A DNA stretch of 64,000 nt from a bacterium. Lineage in GTDB: Bacteria > Actinomycetota > Acidimicrobiia > Acidimicrobiales > Bin134. Location of the stretch: positions 5,345-69,344 of the forward strand of contig JAPOVT010000065.1 in the NCBI GenBank assembly GCA_026708015.1, given 5' to 3'. The position numbers were made by a program, and so were the translations under genes. Below are positions 21,265-31,666 of the stretch, in pieces (the stretch's first letter is position 1; every line of letters starts with the position of its first letter). Below the pieces are notes generated by a model that was given only the letters and a program-made list of their open reading frames with translations, was not told the DNA's origin and made no database searches.

Positions 21265-22299
21265 ATGGACCACATCCGAGGCATCCGGCACGACGCGGTC
21301 AGCGCGTGGTTCGACGCCAACGTGCCGGGCGTTGTGCTGCCTCTGACGTTCGAGTTGATCGCCGGAGGGCACTCCAACCTCACCTTCAAGGCCACTGATG
21401 CCAACGGCCAGTGCTACGTGCTGCGCCGACCCCCTCTGTATCAGGTGCTGGCCACCGCCCACGAGATGGGCCGGGAGCACAAGATCATCGCCGCCCTAGC
21501 CGATACCGACGTGCCGGTGCCCAGAACCCATGGTCTGTGCGAAGACGAGATGGTCAACGAGCGCCCGTTCTACGTGATGGAGTTTGTGGACGGCAAGGTG
21601 GTACGCAATCGCACCCACGCGGCCGCGTTGGCTCCTGAGCTGCGCCGAGCCGCCTCCACCTCGATTGCCGAGACGCTGGCCCACATCCACGCGGTGGACG
21701 TGGACGAGGTGGGGCTGGGCGACCTTGGCCGCAGAGAGGACTACATAGCCCGCCAACTCCGGCGCTGGCTGCGCCAGTTCGAGGAGTCCAAGACCCAGGA
21801 CCGCCCCCAGATCCAAGAAGTCCACGACCATCTTGTTGCCCGCATCCCCGAACAGGGAGAAGCCGGCATCGTCCACGGCGACTACCGCCTGGACAACTGC
21901 ATACTGAGTGAGCAAGGCCAGGTTTTGGCGGTGCTCGACTGGGAGCTGTGTACATTGGGCGACCGCAACGCCGACGTGGCCCAGCTCCTGGTGTATTGGT
22001 CTGAGCCCGATGATCCCGAATCCGCGCTGGACGATCCCCCCACCGGCGAGGCCGGATTCGCCAGCCGAGCCGAGATGTTCGACCTCTACTCGGAGGCGTC
22101 CGGCCGCGAAATCGACAACTTCGGGTTCTACATGGCCTTTGGCTACTGGAAGCTGGCCTGCATCTTGGAGGGCGTGTACAGCCGGTACGTGGGCGGCGCG
22201 ATGGGCGACAAGGCGCCGCCGCAAGGGGCTGACAGCTTCGTTGCCCGGGTGGACGCCCTAGTTGAAATGGCCTCATCTGCCGCGGAGCAGGTGGCATGA
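21265..22299 (+). CDS. Phosphotransferase family protein (APH/ACAD10-like)
   Basis: GGHSNLT, VLRRPP, VHGDYRLDN, AVLDWEL. Confidence 0.92.
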   Translation: MDHIRGIRHDAVSAWFDANVPGVVLPLTFELIAGGHSNLTFKATDANGQCYVLRRPPLYQVLATAHEMGREHKIIAALADTDVPVPRTHGLCEDEMVNERPFYVMEFVDGKVVRNRTHAAALAPELRRAASTSIAETLAHIHAVDVDEVGLGDLGRREDYIARQLRRWLRQFEESKTQDRPQIQEVHDHLVARIPEQGEAGIVHGDYRLDNCILSEQGQVLAVLDWELCTLGDRNADVAQLLVYWSEPDDPESALDDPPTGEAGFASRAEMFDLYSEASGREIDNFGFYMAFGYWKLACILEGVYSRYVGGAMGDKAPPQGADSFVARVDALVEMASSAAEQVA

Positions 22300-23165
22300 G
22301 CAGCGAACTCGTCACCGTCCATCAGATGCCCGATTTAGCTGATCCGGTGCTGGTGATGGCACTCGACGGTTGGGTGGATGCCGGCTACGGCATGCGCACT
22401 GCCGCCGAGATCATGACGCAGCCCGACGATGGTGTGCTGGTGGCCAGCTTCGATGCCGATCTGCTCATCGACCACCGAGCCCGCCGCCCCACTATGACCG
22501 TGCGGGACGGCCGAGTGGATGACATCAGATGGCCCGCCATCAGCCTCCAGGTGGTTCACGATCTCGACCAGCAGGAGTTCCTGATGCTCCACGGGCCCGA
22601 GCCCGACTTTCGCTGGCAGGCGTTCTGCACCGCCGTCGATGAGCTGGTGCAGCGGTTGGGAGTGGCCCGGGCAGTGACATTGGGGGCATACCCCGCGGCG
22701 GTGCCCCACACCCGGCCGGTGCGGCTGTCGGCCACCGGCACCTCCCAGAACCTCATCGAGCGATTCGGCTCTCCCCAGGGAACCCTGGAAGTTCCCGCCG
22801 GAATCGGGGCGGCTCTATCCAAGCGGTTCGAGGTGGCGGGCCTGGAAACGGTGTCGGTGTGGGCCCAGGTCCCCCACTATGCGTCCGGTTCCCCGTTCCC
22901 GGCCGCTGCTGCTGCTCTCTTCCAAGGTCTTCGGGCCGTGGCCGATTTGCGGTTCGATTCGGCCCCGCTGATCGCCGAGGGGCTGGAGGTGTCCCGGAAA
23001 TTGGACGCTATGATCGCCCAGAACGCCAGCCACCAGCGGCTGGTTGGGCAGCTGGAGAGCGCCTACGATGCCAGCGCAGGTGAACAAGATACCGAGATCC
23101 CTACCGGCGACGAACTGGCCGAAGAACTAGAGCGCTTCCTACGCGACCAGGACGAGTCGAAATGA
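22296..23165 (+). CDS. PAC2 family (proteasome assembly chaperone-like) protein
   Basis: GWVDAG, DHRARRP, GPEPDFRW, VPHTRP, WAQVPHY, ELERFL. Confidence 0.9.
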   Translation: MSSELVTVHQMPDLADPVLVMALDGWVDAGYGMRTAAEIMTQPDDGVLVASFDADLLIDHRARRPTMTVRDGRVDDIRWPAISLQVVHDLDQQEFLMLHGPEPDFRWQAFCTAVDELVQRLGVARAVTLGAYPAAVPHTRPVRLSATGTSQNLIERFGSPQGTLEVPAGIGAALSKRFEVAGLETVSVWAQVPHYASGSPFPAAAAALFQGLRAVADLRFDSAPLIAEGLEVSRKLDAMIAQNASHQRLVGQLESAYDASAGEQDTEIPTGDELAEELERFLRDQDESK

Positions 23166-23193
23166 CTGTGACCGCAACCCGAGAGGACACGAC

Positions 23194-24246
23194 ATGAAAC
23201 TGGACGGCGGACTAGCGGCAAGAGCGGCTAGAAAAGGCTCGGTTGGACCTCTGGCCGAGGTTGCCGATTCGGCCCGCAATCTGGAGGCCGCCGGCTACGA
23301 CGGGGTCTGGTCTATCGAGCTCGACCATGACCCATTCCTGCCGCTGGTGCTGGCCGCCGAGCACACCAGCCGCATTCAGATCGGAACCTCGATTGCGGTG
23401 GCATTCGCCCGCAACCCCATGATTCTGGCCAATTTGGGGTGGGATCTTCAGGCCTATTCCGGCGGGCGCTTCATTCTCGGCCTGGGTTCGCAGATCAAGC
23501 CCCACATCACCAAGCGTTTCTCCATGCCCTGGTCTCATCCCGCCGCCCGCATGAAGGAGATGGTCGACGGAATAAAGGCCATATGGGAAAGCTGGGAGAC
23601 CGGCGAGCGCCTGTCGTTCCGGGGCGAGTTCTATCAGCACACCCTCATGACGCCGATGTTCAGCCCCGGTGCCAATCCCTTCGGCCCACCCCCTGTTCAT
23701 CTGGCCGCGGTGGGCAACCTCATGACCGAGGTGGCCGGCGAGTCGGCCGACGGTTGGATCAGCCACGGATTCACCACCCCCAGCTACGTGCGGGAGGTGT
23801 CGCTGCCCGCCCTCGAGCGCGGGGCCGCCCGAGCGGGCCGCAATCCGATGGACATAGAAGTGTCGATGCCCGTGTTCATCGTCACCGGAGAGACCGAGGA
23901 GGAGATGGCGTCGTCGGCCCAAGCGGCCCGCCAGCAACTGGCCTTCTACGGTTCAACGCCCGCCTATCGCCCGGTGCTCGAGCACCACGGCTGGGGCGAG
24001 GCCCAAGACGAGCTGAACCGCATGTCCAAACAGGGCCAGTGGGTGGAGATGGCCGATGTGATCGACGACACCATGCTGGGAACCTTCGGCGTTGTGGCCG
24101 AGCCCCAGAACCTGGCCACCGGCGTCGCAGCCAGCTATGGCGGGCTGATCGACCGTATGTCATTCGGCCAGGGCCTCCGTTCCGACGGACCCTGGGGCGA
24201 AGTGCGGGAAGCACTTCGAGCTATTCCAGGACGGTCGCCCGAATAG
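23194..24246 (+). CDS. LLM-class F420-dependent oxidoreductase
   Basis: HDPFLPL, IAVAFARNPM, GRFILGLGSQ, AFYGSTPAY. Confidence 0.9.
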   Translation: MKLDGGLAARAARKGSVGPLAEVADSARNLEAAGYDGVWSIELDHDPFLPLVLAAEHTSRIQIGTSIAVAFARNPMILANLGWDLQAYSGGRFILGLGSQIKPHITKRFSMPWSHPAARMKEMVDGIKAIWESWETGERLSFRGEFYQHTLMTPMFSPGANPFGPPPVHLAAVGNLMTEVAGESADGWISHGFTTPSYVREVSLPALERGAARAGRNPMDIEVSMPVFIVTGETEEEMASSAQAARQQLAFYGSTPAYRPVLEHHGWGEAQDELNRMSKQGQWVEMADVIDDTMLGTFGVVAEPQNLATGVAASYGGLIDRMSFGQGLRSDGPWGEVREALRAIPGRSPE

Positions 24247-24257
24247 AGTCTCCAATT

Positions 24258-25445
24258 ATGGAGGCGCAGGAGCCGACGGACTTTCACGAGGGTTTGGCCC
24301 AAGCCGAAGAGGCGGCCATCAACCCCCACAGGGAGTGGGACCGAGGCCGGGCTGAGCCCCCGGAGGTTCGCGACGACGGATTCGGCGGGCGCATCCTGAA
24401 TCTGTATCGCCGCAACCACACCGAGTCGGTGCTGCGCAACAGCGCGGTGTTCTCCACCCGGGTGGTGGCCGAGTCGATGGGCCCGTTCATGGGACCGCTC
24501 ATGCTGGGCATGGACGGTGACGAGCACACTGCCTACCGGGGACTGGTATCGCACGCCTTTCGATCCTCAGCGCTGGCCCGATGGGAGACCGAGTTGGTGG
24601 CGCCCATCGTCAACGAGCTGCTGGACGAGATTGCGCCTCGGGGGAAGGCCGATCTGGTGGCTGAGCTCACCCAGCGATTCCCCACCCGGGTGATCGCCGG
24701 GATCATGGGAGTGCCGATGGACGACGCCGACCAGTTCCGGCTGTGGTCCGAGCAGGTGAGTGCCGGCCCTCTCCACCCCGAGGAGGGCCATGCCGCCTCT
24801 CAGGCCATGCGCGACTACCTCCACCCCATCGTGGAGGATCGCAAGCAAAGCCCTCGCAACGACCTGATCAGCGACATCACCCATGCCGAGATCGACGGAC
24901 AGCGCCTCGACGACGAGCACATCTACGGTTTCCTGCTGCTGCTCATGCCCGCCGGAGCAGAGACCACCTCCCGGGAGATGGGCATCGCATTGACGGCGCT
25001 GTTGACCAACGAGGGCTGGATCGACCGGCTGATGGCCGACTGGTCACTGCTGGACCAGGTAATCGAGGAGACCCTGCGGTGGGAGAGCTCCGCGCCGCTG
25101 GCCACTCGGGAGGCCACCGAGGACACCGAGGTGGATGGCTGCCCCATACCGGCCGGCACCCGGCTGATGATGACCATGACGTCGGCCAACCGGGACGAGC
25201 AGGTGTACGCCGACGGCGACCGCTGGAATCCCGACCGCGAGCAGCCCGTGGCCCACATGGCGTTCGGCTGGGGTCGGCATCTGTGCTTGGGCATGCACCT
25301 GGCCCGCCTGGAGATGCGGGTGGCCCTGCGGGCCATCCTCGAGCGGCTCGGTGGCCTGCGGCTCGACCCCGACGCCGATTCCCCGCTCATCCGGGGGGTG
25401 GCGTTCCGCGGCCCTGAAGAGCTTCACGTGGTTTGGGACGCCTAG
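24258..25445 (+). CDS. Cytochrome P450
   Basis: AGAETT I-helix, ETLR (ExxR), FGWGRHLCLG heme motif; start placed 8 nt after TAGAGT. Confidence 0.93.
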   Translation: MEAQEPTDFHEGLAQAEEAAINPHREWDRGRAEPPEVRDDGFGGRILNLYRRNHTESVLRNSAVFSTRVVAESMGPFMGPLMLGMDGDEHTAYRGLVSHAFRSSALARWETELVAPIVNELLDEIAPRGKADLVAELTQRFPTRVIAGIMGVPMDDADQFRLWSEQVSAGPLHPEEGHAASQAMRDYLHPIVEDRKQSPRNDLISDITHAEIDGQRLDDEHIYGFLLLLMPAGAETTSREMGIALTALLTNEGWIDRLMADWSLLDQVIEETLRWESSAPLATREATEDTEVDGCPIPAGTRLMMTMTSANRDEQVYADGDRWNPDREQPVAHMAFGWGRHLCLGMHLARLEMRVALRAILERLGGLRLDPDADSPLIRGVAFRGPEELHVVWDA

Positions 25446-25452
25446 CGGGCCG

Positions 25453-27924
25453 CTAGACCACCACGTTGACCAGCTTGGGCGGACGGGCGATGACCCGTCG
25501 GGGGTCGCCGCCGTCCAGATATTGCTGCACCCTCTCCGACGCCAACGCCAAGGCCTCCGCCTCAGCATCGGCGATGTCGGCGGGCACCTCGATGCGGTCG
25601 CGCACCTTGCCGTTGACCTGCACCACCATGGTCACCGTCTCCAGCACCAGCTTGGCCTCATCGGCAGTCGGCCACGGCTCGGCGTGAATGTTGCCGCCCC
25701 GGCGCATTTCCCACAGCTCGGCGCAGATGTGGGGCACCATCGGGGCCATCGCCAGCAGCAGGGAGTCGACGGCGAAGGCCAGCGTGTCGTAGTGGGGACC
25801 GTCGTCGGCTTGCACATAACGGTACAGCTCGTTGGTGAATTCCATGCAGCCGGCCACTGAAGTGTTGTATGACCAGCGGTCGAACTCTGAGGTGATGCGA
25901 TCGATGAGCCGGTGAGTGGCGGCGTCGATGGCGAGATCGGCTTCGGTCACAGGTCCTGATCGGGCCGGATTGGCCCGCTCTGCGGTGCCTGCGGCCAGGC
26001 GCCACAGACGGCCCAAGAAGCGGTTACAGCCCTCGAGGCCGAAGTCCTCCCAATCCACATCCTCGGCGGGGGGCTTCACCTGCAAAATGGCCAACCGCAG
26101 CGCATCGGCACCGTGAGCGTCGATGATGTCCTCAGGAGCCACCAGGTTGCCGCTCGACTTCGACATCTTGCCCCCGCCCATTCGCACCATGCCCTGGGTG
26201 AACAGCCGCTGGAAGGGCTCCCGCAGCCCGGCGGGGGCCACCCCCAAATCGGACAGCGCCCGGGTGAAGAACCGGGCGTACATCAAGTGCAAGATGGCGT
26301 GCTCCACCCCGCCGATGTACTGGTCCACCGGCAGCCACCGCTCCAGCGCCTCCGGGCTAAACGGCAGCTCCTGGTTCTTGGGATCGGCGAAGCGCAGGAA
26401 GTACCAAGAGGAGTCCACAAAGGTGTCCATGGTGTCGGTCTCCCGGCGAGCCGGTCCGCCGCAGTTGGGGCAGGGCGTGTTCAAGAAGCCGGGGTGGTCC
26501 ACCAGCGGTGAGCGGCCGGTGGGCATGAAGGCTACGTCGTCGGGCAACCCCACGGGCAGATCCTCGTAGGGCACCGGGACCGCCCCGCACGCCTCGCAGT
26601 ACACAACGGGGATTGGGCACCCCCAGTAGCGCTGGCGGGACAGCAACCAGTCGCGCAGCCGATAGTTCACCTTGCGCTCGCCAATGCCCTGGTCTTCCAG
26701 CCAGTCGATGGCTGCCGCCTTGGCCTCGTCCATCCACAGTCCGTCGAGCCACTCGCTGTTTATGGACGGGCCGTCGCCGGTGTAGGCCTCGCCGTCGAAG
26801 TCCTCGGGGGGCTGCACGGTCCGGATGATGGGCAAGCCGTAGGCGGTGGCGAATTCCCAGTCGCGCTGGTCCTCGCCGGGCACGGCCATGATGGCTCCGG
26901 TGCCGTAGGTGGTGAGCACGTAGTCGGCCAAGAAGAGCGGGATGGGCTGGCCGGTGAACGGATTTATCACCCGAGTGCCGGTATCCACCCCCCGCTTGTC
27001 GGCCGGCCCGGCCACCGACAGGCGCTCGAATTCACTGCGCTCGGCAACTGCGGCGATGAATGCCTCCACCTCGGCTCGGCAGTCATCTGTGGTGAGCTCG
27101 GCAACCCGAGGGTGTTCGGGAGACATGACGGCGAAAGTCATACCGAAGCTGGTGTCGGGCCGGGTGGTGAACACCGCGATCCCGTCGATGTCGTCGCGGG
27201 CAGTGCCGTCGGCATCGGCGATCGGCAGCGTGAAATCGGCCCCCTCGGAGCGGCCGATCCAGTTGCGCTGCATGATTTTCACCCGGTTGGGCCAGTCCAA
27301 GCCGTCGAGGCCGTCGAGCAGTTCCTCGGCATAGGCGGTGATGCGGTAGAACCACTGCTCCAACTCGCGCTGTAGGGCCATGTCGCCGGAGCGCTCGCAG
27401 GTGCCGTCGGCCAGCACCTGCTCGTTGGCCAGCACCGTCTGGCACCCGGGGCACCAGTTCACCGGAGCGGTGGCCCGGTAAACCAGGCCAGCCTCGTAGA
27501 ACTTCAGGAAGATCCACTGGGTGAAGCGGATGTAGTCGGGGTCGTGGCTGCTGAGCGTGCGGCGCCAGTCGTACACCGCGCCGATGCGGCGCAGCGACGA
27601 CGAGAGCCGTTCAATGTTCTCATCGGTGTGGATCCGGGGGTGGGTGCCGGTCTTGATGGCGGCGTTCTCCGCGGGCAGGCCGAAGCTGTCGAATCCGATG
27701 GGCGACAGCACCCCGTCGCCCTGCATGGTGCGGTAGCGCACCAGCAAGTCGCCGAAGGTGTAGTTGCGTACGTGGCCGATGTGGGCGGGACCGCTGGGAT
27801 ACGGGTACATGCTCAGCACGTAGTAGGGCGGTCGGGGATCGTCGTTGTCGATCTCGTAGGTGGCGTCGTCGATCCAGCGCTGCTGCCATTTGGGCTCGAT
27901 CGCCTCTGGGTCGTAGCCGTCCAT
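25453..27924 (-). CDS. leuS: Leucine--tRNA ligase
   Basis: [27 protein letters not shown]. Confidence 0.98.
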   Translation of the reverse strand: MDGYDPEAIEPKWQQRWIDDATYEIDNDDPRPPYYVLSMYPYPSGPAHIGHVRNYTFGDLLVRYRTMQGDGVLSPIGFDSFGLPAENAAIKTGTHPRIHTDENIERLSSSLRRIGAVYDWRRTLSSHDPDYIRFTQWIFLKFYEAGLVYRATAPVNWCPGCQTVLANEQVLADGTCERSGDMALQRELEQWFYRITAYAEELLDGLDGLDWPNRVKIMQRNWIGRSEGADFTLPIADADGTARDDIDGIAVFTTRPDTSFGMTFAVMSPEHPRVAELTTDDCRAEVEAFIAAVAERSEFERLSVAGPADKRGVDTGTRVINPFTGQPIPLFLADYVLTTYGTGAIMAVPGEDQRDWEFATAYGLPIIRTVQPPEDFDGEAYTGDGPSINSEWLDGLWMDEAKAAAIDWLEDQGIGERKVNYRLRDWLLSRQRYWGCPIPVVYCEACGAVPVPYEDLPVGLPDDVAFMPTGRSPLVDHPGFLNTPCPNCGGPARRETDTMDTFVDSSWYFLRFADPKNQELPFSPEALERWLPVDQYIGGVEHAILHLMYARFFTRALSDLGVAPAGLREPFQRLFTQGMVRMGGGKMSKSSGNLVAPEDIIDAHGADALRLAILQVKPPAEDVDWEDFGLEGCNRFLGRLWRLAAGTAERANPARSGPVTEADLAIDAATHRLIDRITSEFDRWSYNTSVAGCMEFTNELYRYVQADDGPHYDTLAFAVDSLLLAMAPMVPHICAELWEMRRGGNIHAEPWPTADEAKLVLETVTMVVQVNGKVRDRIEVPADIADAEAEALALASERVQQYLDGGDPRRVIARPPKLVNVVV

Positions 27925-28016
27925 CGCCGCTCAATCTACCGAGCCGCCGGACAAGGCCAATAACCGTTATCCCATGTGGGGAAGCGTCAGGATGGCTGGT
28001 ACAGTGCCCTCTTCGC

Positions 28017-28090
<74 letters not shown>

Positions 28091-28098
28091 CAGCTTCC

Positions 28099-28407
28099 TC
28101 AGCAGTCGGCAATTGCACCCAGGGCGGCGCAGACCTCGTAGCGCCGATGAGCAATCGTTCCCACATAGCGGGTGAGCGAAGATTTTGGGATTACGCGGAG
28201 ATTGTCGAAGCTAGCCGCACACTGCCCACTCATGCCGTCGTCAATATCAAGCGGCACCTCTGTGGGAATACCGCGTACGCTACGCGTGATCGGTGCGACC
28301 ATAATCCTTCGAAGCCCCTGAATGGCTCGGCCTCGAGTAACAACCAACACGGGACGAATGTCGTTCTCGGTCTCTGCCCACCAGATTTCACACTGTGCCG
28401 GGCTCAC
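28099..28407 (-). CDS. PemK/MazF family toxin
   Basis: EIWWA..RPVLVVTR..VAPIT..GIPTEV..DNL; GTG overlaps the antitoxin stop. Confidence 0.92.
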   Translation of the reverse strand: MSPAQCEIWWAETENDIRPVLVVTRGRAIQGLRRIMVAPITRSVRGIPTEVPLDIDDGMSGQCAASFDNLRVIPKSSLTRYVGTIAHRRYEVCAALGAIADC

Positions 28408-28661
28408 CAGCGCTCCCACGGCTCCTCTGCGACCATCTCTCGGAGATTCTGCTCAGCCCAGCGCAACTCCTCCTCGGTCTCGGGAATGCGCCGGTAGCCC
28501 TCCACAATCGCCTCACCGATGAGCCGGCGTCGACGCTGATCAAGCATATCCTCGAGCGCACACCGCACCGCGTCAGAGCGAGACTTCGCCTCACCGCTGT
28601 CGACCATCTCATCCAATTGAGCCACCAGCTCGTCGTCAACCCTTGTCACCAGCTGTGCCAT
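28404..28661 (-). CDS. Ribbon-helix-helix antitoxin
   Basis: QLVTRVDDELVAQLD..SRSDAVRCAL; upstream of PemK; TATGCT 6 nt before the ATG. Confidence 0.88.
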   Translation of the reverse strand: MAQLVTRVDDELVAQLDEMVDSGEAKSRSDAVRCALEDMLDQRRRRLIGEAIVEGYRRIPETEEELRWAEQNLREMVAEEPWERW

Positions 28662-28707
28662 GCAATAAGCATACCAATTTGCAATACAATCTGGTTTGCC
28701 GGGATGA

Positions 28708-29076
28708 TCAGCCAGCCAATTGGTACATGATGACGTCGGATGGAACCAGCCGCTCCTCCGCCGGGTCCACGGCCAGGGCCAGCCCTTGTAGTGTGTAAGC
28801 CCCCAACAGAATCGGACCATCGTCCTCGCCGAACACCACCAGGGTCCCCTCGCTCTCGCCTTCTACCGTTACCCATGCTCGGCCGTAGTTCATGAATATC
28901 CGCCGTCCGTCGGCCAGACGGAGTCGCCGCGTACCGATGGGCTTCACCCCCAACTCGCGCAGCAGCCTGTCTGGCAGCATGGTGTAGAAGGAACCGGTGT
29001 CCACCATCGCCTCAACCTCCATGGATTCCCCGCCTTCCGCAGCCGAGATCTGGATTGGCACTTTGAAGACTCCCAT
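28708..29076 (-). CDS. Clan AA (retropepsin-like) aspartic protease
   Basis: AMVDTGS catalytic motif, LADG flap, ILLG. Confidence 0.88.
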   Translation of the reverse strand: MGVFKVPIQISAAEGGESMEVEAMVDTGSFYTMLPDRLLRELGVKPIGTRRLRLADGRRIFMNYGRAWVTVEGESEGTLVVFGEDDGPILLGAYTLQGLALAVDPAEERLVPSDVIMYQLAG

Positions 29077-29106
29077 ACCAGAACGCTATCCCAATGCAAT
29101 TCAGAC

Positions 29107-29126
29107 TGTCAATCAACAGATTGACA
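29107..29126. terminator. Perfect 8-bp hairpin after the GH3 gene (terminator or operator)
   Basis: TGTCAATC-AACA-GATTGACA just past the GH3 stop and upstream of the protease. Confidence 0.4.
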
Positions 29127-29130
29127 CAAA

Positions 29131-31662
29131 TTATATTGTAAATTCATTAAACTGGACTTCGGCGGGGTGGACGAGGTTGGCGCTGGAGCGGGCGGTCCAG
29201 ATGGTGTAGGGGCCGGGGTCGACGTACCAGCCGGGATCGGTGCGCTTGTGGGACTCCCCGGCGGGAACCGGGCTCATTGAGTCGAGTCCTTGTGGGGTCT
29301 GGTCGCCGGGGTCGTAGTAGGCGAAGGCCCGGCGGGTGAGCACGATGCGGGCGGTGGTTCGCTCACCGGGGGCCAGGTGGACTTTGGCGAAGCCCTTGAG
29401 CTCCCGAACCGGGCGGTGCAGCAGCGACTCAGGCGGCTCCACGTACACCTGCACCACATCGCTGCCTGACCGGTCGCTGGTGTTGGCCACGTCGACTTCC
29501 ACGATCACCGGGTCGACCATCTCGGTGTCTCCCCCGCCCGACACCCGAGGCTCCGACCATTCGAAGGAGGCGTACGACAGGCCGTGGCCTAGGGGAACAG
29601 CCGGCTCGATGGACCGGGCGTCGAACCAGCGGTGGCCGATATAGAGGCCCTCGCCGTAGCGCACCACTCCGTTCTCGCCGGGATAGTTGAGAAACGCCGG
29701 GCTGTGCTCGTAGCGGGCCGGCACGGTCATCGCCATCCGCCCACCGGGGTCGGACTGGCCGAACAGAACATCGGCCACCGCGTAGCCCATCTCCTGACCT
29801 CCGAATCCGGCCACCAGCACCCCGGCCGCCTCGTCGGCCCAGTCCAAGTTGCAGGCACCGCCGGTGTTCACCACCACCACGGTGTTCGGATTGGCCGCCG
29901 CCACTCGGCGGATCAGCTCGGGCTGGTCGCCGGGCAGGTCGAAGGAGTCCCGGTCGCGGCCCTCGGTCTCCCAGTCGGCGTTGGTTCCCACCACCACCAC
30001 CGCCACGTCGGCGGCAGCCGCCGTTTCCACGGCCTCAGCGATAAGATCCCGATCAACTTGCGACTTGAGGCCCACCCGCACCCCGCAAAGCATGAAGCTG
30101 TCCCGGCTCGTGTACTCGATGACGATGGGCGTCTCGCGGCCTTCGGTGAGCTGCACCGGCGAGGTGATCACCTCAGAGCCCATCCCGAAGAAGTCATCGC
30201 CCTTGTCGTAATCGCCCTCGGTGGCATCCAACACCGTCTCGCCGTCGAGCAGAACCCGACAGCGTCCGAGCTGCACCAAGCCCAGGGCGTATTCTCCGGT
30301 GTCCTCGGCCACTAGCACCCCCGAAGCCCGAACCGAAAATGCCTCCGGGTTCACCCCCGGTCCCGGTTCGCCGAAGAAGACCATCTCAGCCGACGCCGAC
30401 TCTCGGGTGTGTACCACCGGACCCGACCAGTCGTGGCCGTTGAAGTACTCCAGCCGGAGCTTGCCCCTCAACATCGGGGCCGACAGCGCAATCAGGGAGC
30501 GCTCTATGTCGCAGCCCTGGGCGTAGCGGATATCGAGATGGCCGTATTCGTCTCCCAGCGCATCCATCAGGCTCACGTTGCGATAGGCCTGCACGGTGGC
30601 CGATCCCCCGCCCATGATCTGCGCCTTGCGAGCGTTGGGGCCGATCACGGCCAGCGGCCCTGACATGGACGAATCCAGTGGCAGCACCCCGCTGTTGGAC
30701 ACCAACACCGTCCCCGCCGCGGCCGCTTGTCGCACCAGCGCTCTATCCTCGGGCCGGTCCAGCTCCTGCTCTTGGCCGGGCTGGCAATCGTCGTCCCCGT
30801 CCAGCGCCCCGGTGCGCTCCAGTAATCGCAGCATGTCGCCGGCAATGCGATCGAGATGAGCGTCGTCCATCTCCCCCGCCGCCAGCGCTTCGCCGATCGG
30901 GCCGCGGTTGTACCACTGGCCTGGCCCGGGCATCTCCAAGCTCAATCCGGCTCGGGCCGAAGCTGCCGTAGATCGGGCTGCGAACCAGTCGGAGACCACG
31001 AACCCGTCGAAGCCCCACTCATCCCGCAGCACTCGGGTGAGCAGCCATTCATTCTCCGAGCAGAAGATTCCGTTGAGTCGGTTATAGGCGCTCATCACCC
31101 CCCATGTGCCGCCTTCGGCCACCGCGTACTCGAACGGCACCAAGTACAGCTCTCGCAGGGTGCGCTCGTCGACCTGAGAGTCGATGGTATTGCGCTCGAA
31201 TTCAGAGTCGTTGGCCACGAAGTGCTTGGGCGTGGTGGCTACTCCCCGCGATTGCACGCCCCTCACGAATGCCGCGGCCACCAAACCGGACAAGATCGGA
31301 TCCTCGCTGTAGCACTCGAAGTTGCGTCCCCCCAGCGGGTTGCGGTGCAGGTTGATGGTGGGGGCCAACAGCACTCGGCACCCCTTGGCCCGGGCCTCGT
31401 CACCCAAGAGCCCGCCCAGCCGTTCGACCAGCTCTGGGTCCCATGTGGCCCCTAGCACCGCCCCGGCCGGAATACACGCCGTGGCAGTGCCGGTGCCCAG
31501 CAGCCCACCGCCCCGGGCTCCGTTGGGACCATCGGTGACGCCGATAGCGGGAATGCCCGCGGCCGGGAAGCTCTTGGTGGTCCAGATGGCCTCACCGGCC
31601 ACCAGGTCAGCTTTCTCTTCGGTCGTCAGGGCAGCCATCCGCGTCCCAATTGATTCCGACAT
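29131..31662 (-). CDS. GH3 beta-glucosidase with PA14 and Fn3-like domains
   Basis: TDGPNGARG, GGRNFECYSEDP, KHFVAN, VVSDW, YGEGLYIGHR, RELKGFAK. Confidence 0.95.
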   Translation of the reverse strand: MSESIGTRMAALTTEEKADLVAGEAIWTTKSFPAAGIPAIGVTDGPNGARGGGLLGTGTATACIPAGAVLGATWDPELVERLGGLLGDEARAKGCRVLLAPTINLHRNPLGGRNFECYSEDPILSGLVAAAFVRGVQSRGVATTPKHFVANDSEFERNTIDSQVDERTLRELYLVPFEYAVAEGGTWGVMSAYNRLNGIFCSENEWLLTRVLRDEWGFDGFVVSDWFAARSTAASARAGLSLEMPGPGQWYNRGPIGEALAAGEMDDAHLDRIAGDMLRLLERTGALDGDDDCQPGQEQELDRPEDRALVRQAAAAGTVLVSNSGVLPLDSSMSGPLAVIGPNARKAQIMGGGSATVQAYRNVSLMDALGDEYGHLDIRYAQGCDIERSLIALSAPMLRGKLRLEYFNGHDWSGPVVHTRESASAEMVFFGEPGPGVNPEAFSVRASGVLVAEDTGEYALGLVQLGRCRVLLDGETVLDATEGDYDKGDDFFGMGSEVITSPVQLTEGRETPIVIEYTSRDSFMLCGVRVGLKSQVDRDLIAEAVETAAAADVAVVVVGTNADWETEGRDRDSFDLPGDQPELIRRVAAANPNTVVVVNTGGACNLDWADEAAGVLVAGFGGQEMGYAVADVLFGQSDPGGRMAMTVPARYEHSPAFLNYPGENGVVRYGEGLYIGHRWFDARSIEPAVPLGHGLSYASFEWSEPRVSGGGDTEMVDPVIVEVDVANTSDRSGSDVVQVYVEPPESLLHRPVRELKGFAKVHLAPGERTTARIVLTRRAFAYYDPGDQTPQGLDSMSPVPAGESHKRTDPGWYVDPGPYTIWTARSSANLVHPAEVQFNEFTI

Positions 31663-31666
31663 GGCC

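Noticed and set aside
23439..24257. N-terminal extensions suggesting fusion proteins (P450 668 aa, MurJ 878 aa, aconitase 865 aa, sigma 398 aa)
   Set aside because: The extensions overlap neighbouring genes and are low-information; better starts exist downstream.
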